NCBI GenBank assembly: GCA_951406725.2
Contig: OX597825.1
Location: forward strand, 76,322,001-76,386,000
Direction: 5' to 3'
Source of the DNA: Octopus vulgaris
Lineage: Eukaryota
DNA length: 64,000 nucleotides
Part shown: one piece after another, positions 1-13,575 of the stretch
Layout: each line of letters starts with the position of its first letter
Position numbering within the stretch: position 1 is the stretch's first letter
Position numbers and translations under genes: made by a program
Notes under the pieces: generated by a model
Told to the model about the DNA's origin: nothing
Database searches by the model: none
What the model saw: the letters and a program-made list of their open reading frames with translations, nothing else

Positions 1-100
1 ATCCACTACACTCTCAGAGTGGTTGGCGTTAAGAAGAGCATCCAGCTGTAGAAACTCTGCCAGATCAAGATTGGAGCCTGGTGCAGCCATCTGGTTCGCC
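1..100 (+). mobile_element. RTE LINE 3' UTR fragment / RTE-tail SINE
   Basis: cactacactctcagagtggttggcgttaagaagagcatccagctgtagaaactctgccagatc matches the 3' UTRs of the RTE copies at ~30270-30345 and ~37395-37470. Confidence 0.8.
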
Positions 101-104
101 ACAC

Positions 105-1404
105 ACGAATGTGCAAATTCTACTTAAAGGTGTCTGGCATGGAGAGGGAGGTGCAAGCTGCCATTTTGCACACCAAAGACCTCGCCACAAAAACATGAAA
201 CAGGGTGGAAACCACCTGCCAAAAAGGTTGGAAACCACCTGCAAAATTGGGAGAATGGGTTTATGACTTTCTGAAGGATAGAAGTCAGGTGGTAGTAGCC
301 AATGGGGCCACCTCCAAAAACATGCAAATAGTGAGCTGTGTTTCGCAAGGCACTGTTTGGGATCACTACTGTTCGTAATGGCCCTCTCAGACATGCCCTC
401 AGCCACATAGAGAGCCACGATCACAAGTTATGCAGATGATACAAAAGTTTCACAAGTGATACAGAACCTTGAAGACACTATGCACCTGCAATGTGAGCAG
501 GATGAAATATACAAATGGGCTGAAAAGAATAGCATGCAGTTTAATGCTGAAAAGTTTCAAGCTTTGTGCTATCAGCATGCAAAACTAAATGCAATACCCA
601 TTAAATACATTGGACTTGGAGGGATTGTAATCCCAGAGGCACAGTCAATGCGAGACCTAGGTATTTACATGAGTAATGATGCATTCTTCCATGTGCATGC
701 TGCTAAATTGACAATGACCGGATGGCTTCTTAGAACTTTTAGAACAAGAGATCAGGAAATCATGATGGTCCTCTGGAGGTCACTTGTCCTAAGTCACTTT
801 GACTATTGCTCTCTGCTATGGTCACCAACCAGTGCCAAATTAATCTCAGAACTTGAGGCAATCCAATGAAGCTACATGAAGAGAGCCTCTATGCAGCATA
901 TAAGCTACTGGAAAAACTCAAGAGACTCTATTCCTTAGAGCATAGGCAAGAAAGATATGCCAGCATATACATCTGGAAGATCCTAGAGGGACTTGTCCCA
1001 AAATTTGGCATTGTGAGTTACACAAATACTAGAACTGGGCACCACTGCATAGTGTGAAGGACTCCAAATTTGCCATCAAGATATAGGACAAGATATTGCA
1101 AGAGCCTGGGCTTCAGAGGACCACAGCTCTTCAAAATCCTCCTAAAGGACCTGAGAGACCTGCATGGGGTGTACGTAGGTATTTTCAAAATAAAGCTAGA
1201 CCTCTTACTGTCAAGTATCCCAGATGAGCCAACTTTGCAGCAGGAGGTGCAGATGAGGGTAGCAGCATCAAACTCCCTCATGCACCAAATGTCAATTCCT
1301 AAAAATCATTGGTGAAGTAACTATGTAGCACACCAAATGGCAGTGCCCCAGCATGGCCACTGCTCATGAGCTGAAACTAGATTAAATCAAATTAAATCAA
1401 ATCA
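105..1404 (+). mobile_element. 5'-truncated, decayed CR1/Jockey-group LINE (RT C-terminal half)
   Basis: Broken RT motifs: QGTV.G..LF, YADDTK (agttatgcagatgatacaaaa), W...N.MQFNAEKF, RDLGI, LSHFDYCS.LWSP, LYSLEHRQERY; ends in an (ATTAA/ATCAA)n tail at ~1381-1404. Confidence 0.85.
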
Positions 1405-1949
1405 TATAAATATACATACACTCTAAGACCATTCAGTGATTTAAGATATATACTTGTGAATTTAAAAAATTTAACATTCATTGCTTCTTTTTAGCTTTAC
1501 AGCAGAAATGTGATCCACAGGTTTACATGCACTTACAATTCACCCCTAATACTAGCAAGATTCTCAACCCCTAATTTGAAGTGTTAATTTATTAAAAGTC
1601 ATACAAAAGATCCCTTTTATTTCTTCACTATTTTCATTGATTACACAGAAACTAACACAAAATCCCACACAAGTTCTTCATGTGGCATCATGTCATACAG
1701 ATTATTTATCAAAGGAACGAAACAGTCTATCCATGATTACCAAATGGCTCAAAATTTTAAGAAATTTGTATCAAGTAAACAAAACAGTAAACATGAATTC
1801 TATGCATCTATTTCTTTTAGTTTCATTAATTTCAATTTCAAATTTCTAAGCCTGCTTTGAATTATTACAAAATGATTTGCTCCCTTGTAATACCTGTACC
1901 CATTAGAGAGATTACATGTGGTTGATTTAGTTGTTAAATGAAATCTTAC

Positions 1950-2043
1950 TGTTCAGGAGTTTACAAGAATATTCAGGAGAATTTGTCTTGTCTATGTTAG
2001 CACAACCATATTCTTCTTCAGTAAGCATTCTTGTCATGACAAT
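1950..2043 (-). CDS. Host gene exon (short exon of PLAT-like module, phase 0 to 1): IVMTRMLTEEEYGCANIDKTNSPEYSCKLLN
   Basis: Acceptor cttttataatttttcag| and donor |gtaaga; 94 nt = 31 codons + 1; phase fits exon 7798-8030. Read-through gives ...SKISFNN-stop, so it could instead be a terminal exon. Confidence 0.7.
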
Positions 2044-2091
2044 CTGAAAAATTATAAAAGAAAATTTTAAGCAGATTAGTTTTATTATATA

Positions 2092-3775
2092 CTAGCAGTA
2101 TCGCCCGGCGTTGCTCGGGTTTGTAAGGGAAATAACTATATAAGCATTTTTAGCAAAAAAAATGCATTAAAAATGGAATAAAAAATGATGGTAATTTTTT
2201 TTTTAAATCGTTGACTCATCGTAGACATTTTTAGAGAGTTACTTCCCTTATATAATAGTGAAAAAATGCATTAAAAGGGAAAAAATGATGGTAAATTTTT
2301 TTTTAAATCGTAGAGTCATCGTAGACGCACGCTAATACCCAGAAGGGCTCGATATGAATCACGACTATAAGATACCTGGTTTTGGTTAAACTGCACCGCA
2401 AAATGTGGGAGTAGTTAGGAATCTAAATCGTAGGAGACAGACACACAACTTCACTTTTATAAATAAAGATTTGTGCAACAGCTAAAACATTCGGTTGTGC
2501 AAATTGTTTGCACAGGAAACCTGCCCTGTGTGGCAGTTTTTGCCTTTTTTTTGGTGATCTGCTTCAGCTTTTTAAGCGATTTCTGTTTTGGCGACTTCAA
2601 GCCATGAAGTCGTTGTTCTAAAAGAACGCTGGTCTCCTTGACAACGCTTTACGACGTTGATTTCCCTACCCTGCCTTCCCCACAGCTTCATGAGGGAGGG
2701 AAGAAGGGGAGGAGCTACACAGGTGCAGGTGCGAGCGTGGACGCCAACTCCGCCACCGACACACAAAAAAATTGGAAGAACCCAGACGACAGCTTCAGCC
2801 ACCACCACCACCACCACCACTACCACCATGACCACCACCACCACTACGCCCATGACCATCACCACCACCATCACGAAGACCACCACGACCACCACCATCA
2901 TCACCACCACCCCACCACCACCACCACAAACACGACGAACCACCATCACCACAAACACAACGACCACCATCGCCACCACCATCACGAAGACTACCACGAT
3001 GACCACCACCACCACCATCATCACCACCACCACCACCACCACCACCAACAACACCACCCCCACCACCACCACCACCACAAACACGACGACCACCATCACC
3101 ACTACCAGCACCACCGCCACTACCACCGCCTCCACCACCACCATAATATGCCTCTGCTCTCTTCTTTTGGCTACTAAATCCATTACCATATTTCACAAGT
3201 ACCATCGCCATACAATATTGCCTTCAAAAGTTTGTGTATGGATAATATTTTTTAAGTAAAAGTTGTGCAACAACTAAAACATTTGGTTGTGCAAATTCTT
3301 TGCTCGGGAAACCTTCCCTGTGTGGCATGTTTCCCGATTTTGTAGAATTTGCTTATGGGCTTTCTTAGCCATTTCTGTTTTGGTGTCTTCAAGCCATGAA
3401 GTCGTTGTTCTAAAAGAACGCTGGTCTCCTTGACAACGCTTTACGACGTTGATTTCCTTACACTCCCTTCCCCACAGCTTCACGAGGGAGGGAAGAAGGG
3501 GGAGAAGCAACACAGGTGCAGGTGTGAGCATGGACGCCAACTCCGCCGCCATCGACACACGAAAAAATTGGAAGAAATGGAAAAAAATGATGTTAAATTA
3601 ATTTTTAAATCGTAGACTCATCGTAGACACGCGCTAATACCCAGACGGGCTCGATATGAATCATGACTATAAGATACCCGAATTTGGTTAAACTGCACCG
3701 CAAAATGTGGGAGTAGTTAGGAATCTAAATCGTAGGAGACAGACACTCACACAACTTCACTTTTATATATATAGA
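2092..3775 (-). mobile_element. Non-autonomous Helitron with internal duplication and (ACC)n tract
   Basis: Minus strand begins A|TCTATATATATAAAAG at 3775 and ends with hairpin CCCGAGCAACGCCGGG then CTAG|T at 2092. 2290-2470 repeats at 3580-3775; 2470-2780 repeats at 3262-3575. Confidence 0.8.
2800..3143. repeat. Imperfect (ACC)n microsatellite
   Basis: Direct inspection; source of the poly-His/Thr/Val/Gly ORFs. Confidence 0.95.
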
Positions 3776-4054
3776 TTTAAATTAACAGAAAATGTTTACA
3801 TTGATAGACTGGCAGTTTTTGCCTTTATGAATCTGGTGTTATGATTAATATTTCATCCATTTCAACAGCCAATTTATGCTTGGAATATAAATTCAAAATC
3901 TATGTCCTCTATCTTGTGTGTGTGTGTGTGTGTGTGTGTTTGTGGTTGTGTGTAATTTTGTAAGACACTAAATTATGCATTTATACCATTCATCCAAGGC
4001 ACACATAACTTGTCCCATCATTTAGGACTTGTAGAATGGGTTGTCTGAGCACAA

Positions 4055-4136
4055 ATGTGGCAGTATGGTAAGAAGTTTGTTTGCCAACTGCATGATTTTG
4101 GGTTCAGTCCCACAACATGGCACCTTGTCTTCTGCT
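4055..4136 (+). mobile_element. CORE-type SINE 5' part, cut off by the mariner insertion
   Basis: ggtaagaagtttg...gggttcagtcccac...ggcaccttg..tcttctgcta matches the SINE copies at 45375-45515 and 62995-63135. Confidence 0.55.
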
Positions 4137-4683
4137 ATGAAGGTGGGCTAAAATCCATAGGCTGTCTATGCAGTAGTGATGCCATAGCTGTGAAATCTTG
4201 GGTTTACTGCTTTGAGTCAAAAGAGCTACACCATCAATGGAAAGTACTATGCTAACTTGTTGAGGTAATTATGAATGGCTATCAAGACCAAATACACAGG
4301 AAAACTGACAAAAGGGGATTGTTTCATCAGGACAATGCACTAGCACACAAGTCCTTGCTTTCAATGGCTGCTGTGTGTGACTGGCGTTGAACTAATAGAT
4401 CACCCTTGCTTTTCTCCTGATTTAGCCCCATCTGACTACCATCTGTTTCCCAACATAAAAATTACTTGGTTGGGAACCAATATCACAATAACAATTGCAT
4501 AATATATGCTGATTTTTTTTTTACCAACAGGGTGGAAGCTTGTTCACCAATGGGATCCAAGCATCATAGCACCACTGGAATAAGTGTGTGGACCATAAAG
4601 AAGAATATGTTAAACAAATAAACCCTTGATCTCGATTTATGAGAGTATCTTGGTCAACCTATAAACTTTTCAGCCAACATCTA
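4137..4683 (+). mobile_element. Internally deleted mariner DNA transposon
   Basis: HQDNA and HP..SPDLAPSDYHLF motifs; imperfect TIRs tatgaaggtgggctaaaatccataggctg / caacctataaacttttcagccaacatcta. Confidence 0.8.
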
Positions 4684-4744
4684 AATATCAATTATCAATT
4701 TTTCTTCATTTTCTTTCTTTCCTTATATACATATATATATATAT

Positions 4745-6000
4745 TGTTGTATTTAGGAATGGTCATTTTGCCAGTTTAGCCAATAAAAACACATGCACTA
4801 TATATTTGGTACTACTTTGCTTCAGCGTTATTCATTTTTTACATTAATCTTAATCTTATTTCAGCCAGAGTTCTTTCGTCACACTCCTGTGACCTCATCA
4901 GTGGTCCTTTGCTTTCTTCTTTCTTATTTTTGTGTCTCTCCTTACTAACGGTCAGCCATTTTGTATTTTGTATTCCTATTGTATGTGTCTTCATTTGCGC
5001 ATGCGTATACCTCTATGTGTGTCTATGTTTAGTTAGTGTGTGTGTGGGGGGGAGTGCCTGTAATATTTGTATCTCCTGTTTATATACGTTCGTGTAATTT
5101 GTTTTTTGTTATTGTTTTTGTTTATTTTTATTTTGTTCATGTGTTTACACCTACTTATTATTATTATTATTATTTTATTATTATTATTATTTTTTTTTTA
5201 ATGTATATAGTTATTTACTTCTATTTGTTTATTTATCTGTGTATTTTATTATGTTTTTAGTTTTGTTTATATTGTTACCAGTTTATGGGGATCTTCTTCT
5301 GTCATATGCTGTGGCGTGTGCTAGTGTTCCATTCCAGTTTCCTATTCAGGTTAGGTTTATCGTCTATTATGCATGTAGCTTCCGTATTTTCCAAGCTATA
5401 AAATCAAACTTACCCATTTTTCCAGGCTATAAAATCAAACATACCCATCCTTCTACAAAGCCCTAAAATGAGGAACCTGATGAACAAAAAAATCCTACAC
5501 AACAGCAAGCGTCAACCGAAAAACCTTAAAAAGCACCTTACAAGGACAGAATTCAGATCGGAGAAGGGACCAGAATTCTCAGTAACAGAATGTGGAGACA
5601 AAAGATGTGGAACATGCAACAACGAGAATAATTACAAATACCTACAATGTGGTTCCCACTTAAAATTCAAAAGTGGCCCTCTATTTAAGATCAATGCTAA
5701 TATGACTTGCAAAACCTCATATATTGCATTACTTGCCCAAACTGCAAGGAAAACTATATTGGCGAAACGAACAACTCTCTCTGCCAATGCACCAGAATAC
5801 ATAGACAGCATATAAAACAGAAAGAGTTATGCAAGATACCTTTAAGCAAACACCTAGAAGTATGCGGAAATGGAAAATTTAAAATTATTCTATTCTACAA
5901 ATGCTCACAGAATGACCCGGAATACTGTAAAGCTATGGAACTGCACTTCATAGAAAAATTTAGCCCAAAATTGAACGGCTAAAAAAAGTAAAAGTAGTAA
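4745..6000 (+). mobile_element. Penelope-like element 3' part (GIY-YIG endonuclease with Cys-rich linker, Naiad/Neptune-like) with inverted upstream terminal repeat
   Basis: Frameshifted ORFs 5468-5815 and 5707-5982: CGDKRCGTC linker, NLIYCITCPNCKENYIGET, HRQHI, ELHFIEKFSPKLN; left end abuts (TA)n; hammerhead on the opposite strand at 4864-4907. Confidence 0.85.
4864..4907 (-). ncRNA. Minimal type I hammerhead ribozyme (PLE terminal repeat)
   Basis: Minus strand: cca CUGAUGA gGUCAC aggagu GUGAC GAAA gaa CUC ugg; stem I only 3 bp, stem III very short. Confidence 0.65.
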
Positions 6001-6737
6001 AAAAATCACGCAATGATGATGTGATACACACAAAAAAATGGAAAAAAAACCTCTTTCTATATCTTTATATACAAATGAAAGAATTCTCCCTTTTCTTTTT
6101 TTATGTATACAATTATGCATCTTAAACTTCTGACTATGTATGTATGTGATTATAAATGCTTATATGGATATATACGTGTATATATATGTACAAACAAGTT
6201 TGTATATTTTTTATATATGTTTTATATATATATGTTGATATATGTGGTCGTGTATATATGTATGTATGCAAGTATATGTATGTGTATGCATATATGTGTG
6301 GTTCTATACGTGGTATGCATGTGTATGTGTGTATATATGTATGCATACATATGTGTTCATATGTGTGTGTGTGTATGTGTGTGTACATGTATGTATGTAT
6401 GTATGAGCATGTATATTTGTATATGTATGTGTGTGGGTGTGTGTGTGTGTTTATATATATGTGTGTGTGTGTATGTATGTACACATATTGATATGTGTTT
6501 AGATGTATATATATATGTATATCAAACATTGAATGGTCAACCACCTGTTCTTTTAGAAACCCAAGGGAGTGCCAAGTAAAGAATGGACACAACATTTTCT
6601 TTATATTTATATTTTTGCATTTTATTTTTTCCCCCCTTTCTTTCTCATTTTCATGAACACACAGTCCATGTAAGTATGAATGTTTATGAAATAAACAATA
6701 GGTTCCTCCATATGTGTATATATATGTGAGTGTATGT

Positions 6738-6778
<41 letters not shown>

Positions 6779-7797
6779 TATATGTAAGGATATATGTGTG
6801 GGTGTACATAGCAACACTCCTGCTATTGAAAAACAAACCCTCTCAAACCCTCTTTTTCCTTCTCTCTTTCCATTTCTTACAAGGGTCATCCAAAAAATGC
6901 AAAAAGACCCAAAAAAAGAAAAAAGAGAAAGATACACAGTTTTAAAACACACACACACCCATATTCTCTCTCTTTCACCTTCTCCATCCCTCTATTCCCC
7001 ATTATACACACACACATACTCTCTCTCTCTCTCCCCACTTCATTTACCAATAATATAAATACAGGCAAAACTTTTAAAACTGACATTTCTTATGAAACTA
7101 CAGGAGTAGTTGAAAGCGCTAATATGAACAAATAATATGTGATATGTGAATAAATATATATATTTACAATCATCCAGCATTTTCAACACCTTTTTTCTTC
7201 CATATGTATTAAATCTGTACATCACCCCAATACTTCTAACATATATATATATATATGCACACACACACACACACGCATACACACATGCATAATGAGAACA
7301 CTATCTGTGAATAATAATTGACTTATCCTATGATAAACCCATCCAAAATATCTCAGCATCCAAAGATGAAATGATGATGATGATGATGGTGGTGAAGACA
7401 CTGCTGATGATGGTGATGATAGTACACCTTCCTATATATATATGCACACACATACAAAAACAAACACACACTGATACATGCAAAATAACTCCAGGGAATA
7501 AGGTAAGCCTGCATCTGATTATTAGACTTTCTAGAAATAGGTACCAAATCTCCTTTAAGACTCACCATATTGTCTTAGGAAAAAAGAACTGACTGAATTA
7601 AGACCTTAGGTATATGCATCTGAGAAAACAACTTGATGTCCATTCTGGAAAGTCTTTGATCCCTAGGTTTTCTCAGTCAAGGCTGAGAAAACCTAGGGAG
7701 TCATTAATAATAGCCACAATTACAATAAATAAATAAATAAATAAACAATTAAATTTTTTAAAATATTAATGGAATTCAAGAAGGTAAAATTTCTCAC

Positions 7798-8030
7798 TTT
7801 GGATATGTCAATAGATTTGTTTTTGTTTCCAAAGGATATTTCAATCTCACCAATGTTTATATTTCCAATATTGGTAAAACCAGAAAATGTTGGGAGATAA
7901 GCTAACTTTTTGAACATCAGACTTCGTGAAATGCTTGTTTCACAGCCAATCACTCTAACAAACATTTGTACTTCTTTTGTATCTCCAATTAGTTCTTGGC
8001 GAGAAGTTAGTTCTATTTTCCACACAGAAT
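7798..8030 (-). CDS. Host gene exon (long exon of PLAT-like module, phase 1 to 0): (D)SVWKIELTSRQELIGDTKEVQMFVRVIGCETSISRSLMFKKLAYLPTFSGFTNIGNINIGEIEISFGNKNKSIDISK
   Basis: Pyrimidine-rich acceptor ...tttcttttctag|, donor |gtgaga; 233 nt = 2 + 77 codons, no stop; within ORF-track frame 7720-8025. Confidence 0.8.
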
Positions 8031-9129
8031 CTAGAAAAGAAAGAATAAAATAAACAAAGCAATAAAAAAGATGGTGTAGTAGTTGTAATACATTAAAAAA
8101 AAAAGAAATGTGCTGTGAAAAATGGTGAATTACTTGATATTTTGAGATTTGAGTTATTTCTCAACAAAAGATGACTGATTTTCTTAACATCAACCTTTTT
8201 CTTACCATGTTTCTGTTGAAAAACAATGTCTTGGTTTCAATTAATTTTGAGAATAATGAAGAATTTATTAAGTAACTTTGTTTCTTTTTGGAATATAAAT
8301 TAACATGGAATTTTGATGGAAGTATTTCATTCAGATCACTTTAAGATAAGGAATTTGTATCATAGAACTTAAATAGTTTCATGCAGGTTGGTATCAAAAG
8401 AATAAAGAAATAAAAAAATGGTAGTTGTAACATTTATAGTTGTGTTATCTTTAGTGAGTCAAATAATTGATGAAAGAAAGAATTATCATCAACAATGTTT
8501 AATAACATTAAACATTTATAATATATGTAATCTACAATTTGTTGTTTGTATGTTATATATGAAATAATGATTAATGAATTTTATCAGGGAGACCAAACTG
8601 AGAGCTTGATAATCTGCTAAACTAAACATTAAAATTTGAAAGGAGAAAATAAACAGCTTTGCAAGTTTAACTCAGTGTTTATCGAACAAGAGAGGTGCGA
8701 AATTTAAGGAGCAACTTGTTAGAATATACATGTAAGTGAGGAGACATAAACAAGAATAGCAAAAATCTATTACACCAAAAGAACTGGTAATACATACATT
8801 ACAAGTGTTCTCTGAAGAGAACATAAGATTGATGCATAATTCAACATGAATGTAAAACAACATTAAACATCATATAAGGTAAATGAAGGTTTCTGTGGGA
8901 ACACTAGAAGTTATATTCACTTTGTGAGTTTACATATGCGAGGATGAATTATGATGTTGTTGATGTCAGTATTAGATACAGTAAGAGCTGGTAGCAGTGA
9001 TATCAGCGGTGCTGAATTTCATTGTGTTGTAATGTGGAGAAAGTGAGCAAATAGTTTCCTGGTGCAAACGCAAGCTAGACTCCCTAAACAGAGAGAAATT
9101 CTTCTATTTAACTTGAACTGGTGCTGAAT

Positions 9130-11533
9130 TCAAATTGGTCCCAAGTCGTTACCTTCCCCACAAGATGTAACAGCACTTTGGATTTACTATTTACTGCTTC
9201 TCCTGAAACATTTATTAGTGTCACTACTGAAGAACCTTTAGGTGACTCAGATCATGGCCAACTTGTCTCTGATTGGTTGTAACAAAAACCACAACCATCT
9301 TCAAACTGCTCGCTTTGACTGGAATAAAGCAGACTGGAGATCTTATAGTATCGAGCTGCAATGCCCAAACTGGCTTGAATTTTATTCCTCTGGAGATGTG
9401 AACACTATACTTCAGAACATTCTGAATTCAGTATAGATGGCATGAGCAGCATCAGTACCACGCAAGCACAAAAAACCACCCAATAGTGCAATTTGGGAGA
9501 CTGCAGCAGTCCGATGTGCCAGGAAAGAATGCTGTAATGCTTAACAGGAATACAAAATGCATAAATCAGAGATGAACAGGAAAAAGCACAATAGATCATC
9601 CAACCATCTCCAGTAGGTGACAAAAAAAGGTAGTGCTTGAATTTGAGCAGCGCATAGCAACCAAGCCTGACAGCAAAGTGTTCTGGAAGTATGTACATTC
9701 AAAACAGAGACCTCACTCTCCAGCTAGCCCCCTTCACAATCCCCACACAGGCCAGATTACTGACAATCCCAAAGAATGTGCAGAAATCATTGCTGGATGC
9801 TATGCAGGCATCTTTACTGTCGAAGATCAAAATGTTCCATCTCCATCACCTCTGACACTGGACTCTGTAACTACTATGAAATTTACACCAGCAATGCTAC
9901 AACACCACCTTCAGAATAAATGTAACTATGCCTCTCTTGGTCTTGATGGTGTTACATACCTACTTCTCAAACACAGTGGGTACTTTATTCTAAACCAACT
10001 TTCACTATTCTTTCAATTCTGTCTTGGCAATGGTGTTACTCCAGAGCAGTGGAAAACTGCCAGTGTTATCCCTCTGTTCAAAAAAGGTGACCGAACATCA
10101 CCTGTCAACTATTGCCCTGTCAGTCTTACTAGCTGCATCGCCAAACTGATGGAATCCTGTGTCAGAGAAACCATTTGGAACTTCTGGAAGTATCACAGCC
10201 TCATCCAGCCATCACAATTTGGATTTATTCCTAACTCCAGCTGCTGTAATCAACTCATTGAGTTTCTTGAGGACATTACCCATAACACTGATCGCGGATC
10301 CTGGGTGGATGTCGTTTACCTGGACTTTGCTAAGGCTTTTAATTCTGTGCCACACAAAAAACTTATGGTGAAACTCTCTGAAATGGGTGTAAGAGATGAT
10401 CTCTATAACTGGTTGAAGTCCATTATCGGCTGAAAAGAGGTCGTCACAGTTCTAGGAGAGCACTCTTCACACTATGAGGTGACATCTGGTGTACCACAGA
10501 GATCTGTTCTTGGCCCCCTTTTATTTGTTGCATATGTTAAGACATAGATGCCAACTTAAAGAATTCCACACTGCTGAAATATGCAGATGATATCAAGCTG
10601 TACCTTGAAATAAAGAGGACAGATCCTGTACACTATAGATCTTTATTGCAATCAGAATTGAACACAATGCAAAAGTTGATCATGGACTGGCAACTCAAGC
10701 TGGCTGTGGACAAATGTACCACCATGCATTTTGGAAGGAAAAACCACCCAGCATCTACTTACTCCCTCCACAACACTAATCTCAAAAAGTCTTCTAGTGA
10801 ACATGACCTGGGCATTATTGTCGACAGCGATTTGTGTTGGACAAAACACATTGCTGAAATTGCCAAGAAGGATGAGGGTGTCTTGGCATCACTTACTAAG
10901 TCCTTTGTGAGTTGATCTCCAGCTATTTATCTGAGGCTTTATATAGCTATGGTGCGGCCTCACCTGGAATTTGCATCACCGGTCTAGAACCCCTATCTTG
11001 CCCAGGATATTAATCATCTGGAAACCATTCAGCGAGGTGCAACAAAGAGAATACCCTCCATCAGGCATTTGCCATATTCTGAATGCCTTACTTCCCTGGG
11101 CATGGATATGTTGAATCTCCGACGTCTGGCAGTTGACTTGGCAGATACCCATAAAATTAATAACCCTCTTACTAACAATAACTCTGAGCACCTTTTCAAA
11201 CTCCACCTGTCTAACAGCCATGGACATGTTTACAAAGTCAGAAAACAGCACAACTCCCACTTTTTCACGCTAAGAGTTGCTGAAGCAAGGAACAAACTGC
11301 CAGCATCAGTTGTTAGTTGTCAGAGCACTGCATCCATCAAAACTTCCATGCTTCCTGAGATTCGCCAGCACTACACCTGATTTTCTCCCCTCCATACACA
11401 TGCAAGCCTGTATCTGACTCATACACTGTTCATTTCCCAGACATTTGTACATAACTGCATATGTTTTATATGCACTTTTGACAAGTTGTGGTGCACCCAA
11501 GCACTGTATACAAAAATTTCATTATTATTTCAT
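9130..11533 (+). mobile_element. Decayed CR1-clade LINE (end of endonuclease, RT, 3' UTR)
   Basis: LDLLF and SDH endonuclease remnants; ORF 9633-10433 with PVSLTSCIAKLMES, QFGF, VDVVYLDFAKAFNSVPH; then GVPQ..VLGPLLF, YADDIKL, DLGIIVDSDL; (ATT)n-like tail; several stops and frameshifts. Confidence 0.9.
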
Positions 11534-12269
11534 TTCAAGTTGTTAGGCTCCACAGTGATGTGTAAGGATTTTCCACCAAGAGAACATGTGATCCATTTGA
11601 GAGTATTTGATTGGCTGACCGGTTAATTTGGCATTTTTGTCTAAGGGACAAATTGCACCTAAAAAGTAACCAATCAGAGCAAATGGTTAAAACATGATCT
11701 TTATAGCTAAGTGTTCTCTGCTTCATCCAAACAACAACTATAAATAAAAGGGAGAGAGAAGAGTTTGTCATTCATGCTTTTGTCAATCCATTCTGCTACC
11801 GAATAATGAATCTGTGAAAAGATGGAAGCAAGAATATCTCATATAAATTAAAACACAGTTGTCAGTTACAATAAGAATAATTTCTTGGAGAGGAAGTGGA
11901 GGAAGGAAAATTATCTTCAATAAAATAGTTTTCATTGAGGATCCAAAGACAGAAGGCTTTCAGTAGCAACAAGAAGGGTCTCTACAGAGAGCTGAATTCT
12001 AGGATTTTTGTAAGTCCACCAAAACATTTTAGAATATTCCATGATGCCTTTAGGTGCTAAAATAAAGTTTCTCCTTTGTTTTTCGCTCTCTCTGCCTCTC
12101 ATAAACTAATGTCAATTAGCTGGATAATTGATAATTAATGATAATTAACTGGAAAAATGTTAGAGGGGTGTTATAATAGAGTTCAGAAATCTAATCAAAA
12201 TAGCTCTGGTTATTATTACCAAAAATACTATTATTCATCAGTGGTTTTGACTTTTAAACTTAAATATTC

Positions 12270-12520
12270 CAGGTTCAGATTTGAGGAAGGTTATTTGGGT
12301 GGGTCCTTGGGCAAATGCCTTCTATGATAGCCTCTGACCAAGCAAAGACTTGAGAGTAGAATTGGTAGACAGAAAGTGAAAGAAAACTGACATATATATA
12401 TGTGTATACATGTGTGTGTGTGTGTGTGTGTGGAAAGGGTGCTTGTGTTTCCTTGTCTGAGCAATAACTGTAAATGACCACCACTGTCATACAAGTGGTG
12501 TTCTTCATTTCAAATCTGAT
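12270..12520 (+). mobile_element. Diverged CORE-type SINE
   Basis: cttgggcaaatgccttctatgatagcc...gaattggtagacagaaagtgaaaga resembles the other CORE-type copies in the window. Confidence 0.55.
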
Positions 12521-12739
12521 GTAAATATATGTCTCACTATTTTTTTAATCTTTTACTGTTTCAGACACTAGACTGTGGCCATACTGGGGTACCACCTTGT
12601 AAAAGTTTAGTTGAATAAAGTATCTCTAATACTTTATTTATTTTTTATAAGCCTGGTACCTTTTTTGATAGGTCTCTTTTGCCAAACCACTAAGCCATGG
12701 AGATGTAAATACGCCAACATCAACTGTTGTTAGGGAATG

Positions 12740-12777
<38 letters not shown>

Positions 12778-12840
12778 TATGTATCATCTTCATCATCATC
12801 ATCACCATTTAACATGTTTCTCATGCTGGCATGGGTTGGG

Positions 12841-12880
<40 letters not shown>

Positions 12881-12892
12881 CATATATACAAT

Positions 12893-13035
12893 GGCCTTCT
12901 TTCAGTTTCTGTTGACCATATCCACTCACAAGTCTTTGGTGTGTCTGAGGTTATAGTAGAAGACACTTGTCCAATGTACCAGACTGTGAGATTGAACATG
13001 AAATCATGTATTTAAGAAGCAAAATTCCAAACACT
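12893..13035 (-). mobile_element. CORE-type SINE
   Basis: Reverse complement has ggacaagtgtcttctactataacc...ccaaagacttgtgagtggat...gaaactgaaagaagg. Confidence 0.6.
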
Positions 13036-13049
13036 ACCAAGGAAATATT

Positions 13050-13263
13050 GGCTTCAAATTTTGGCATAAGGCCAGCACATTCTGAGGAGGGAATAAGTCA
13101 ATTACATTGACCCCAGTCTGCAGCTGGTACTTATTTTATTGACTCCATAATGATGAAAGGCAAAGTCAACCATGGAAGAATTTGAACTCAGAACATAAAG
13201 GTAGACGAAATGCCATTAAGCATTTTGCCCAATGTGCTAATGATTCTGCCAGCTTGCTTCCTT
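13050..13263 (-). mobile_element. tRNA-derived SINE (family shared with 19859-20023 and 23696-23900)
   Basis: Reverse complement has a box-B-like gagttcaaattc, gttgactttgcctttcat, ataaaataagtacc and ggccttatgccaaaatttgaa. Confidence 0.75.
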
Positions 13264-13478
13264 CTACTATGGAAATGTTATCATGAATGTGGCTTTGGAA
13301 ACTGGCGTTAATGGGAGGATTTAATTCTTTGTGGTAACATCAATACAGTCGTTTATAATTGATTTTGCTCACTCACCTTTTTAACAATAACATCAAGTAA
13401 AAGTCACACAGGCAGAAAGGCAGACCTATTTCATAATTTCTAATAAAGTGAAATAAGAAATAGCTTTCAGCAACTTAC

Positions 13479-13575
13479 CATTTATCAATGAACACTCGTG
13501 GTAAGGAATTCGAGAAGTATAATTAAGATATAGACAGGAATATATTTTGGAAGTGTTCATGTTCTTCAGTGTGAC
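13479..13575 (-). CDS. Host gene exon (short exon, phase 0 to 1): VTLKNMNTSKIYSCLYLNYTSRIPYHECSLIN
   Basis: Acceptor ttccttttcctttag|, donor G|gtaagt; 97 nt = 32 codons + 1; phases fit both neighbouring exons. Confidence 0.8.

Noticed and set aside
2572-3259. Poly-His, poly-Thr, poly-Val and poly-Gly ORFs
   Set aside because: All are readings of one (ACC)n microsatellite inside a non-autonomous Helitron
6103-7282. YIYI/VCVC/HTHT-rich ORFs here and at 39925-40913, 44221-44885, 55001-56048 and 61785-62313
   Set aside because: Translations of (TA)n, (CA)n and (TACA)n tracts, which lack stop codons
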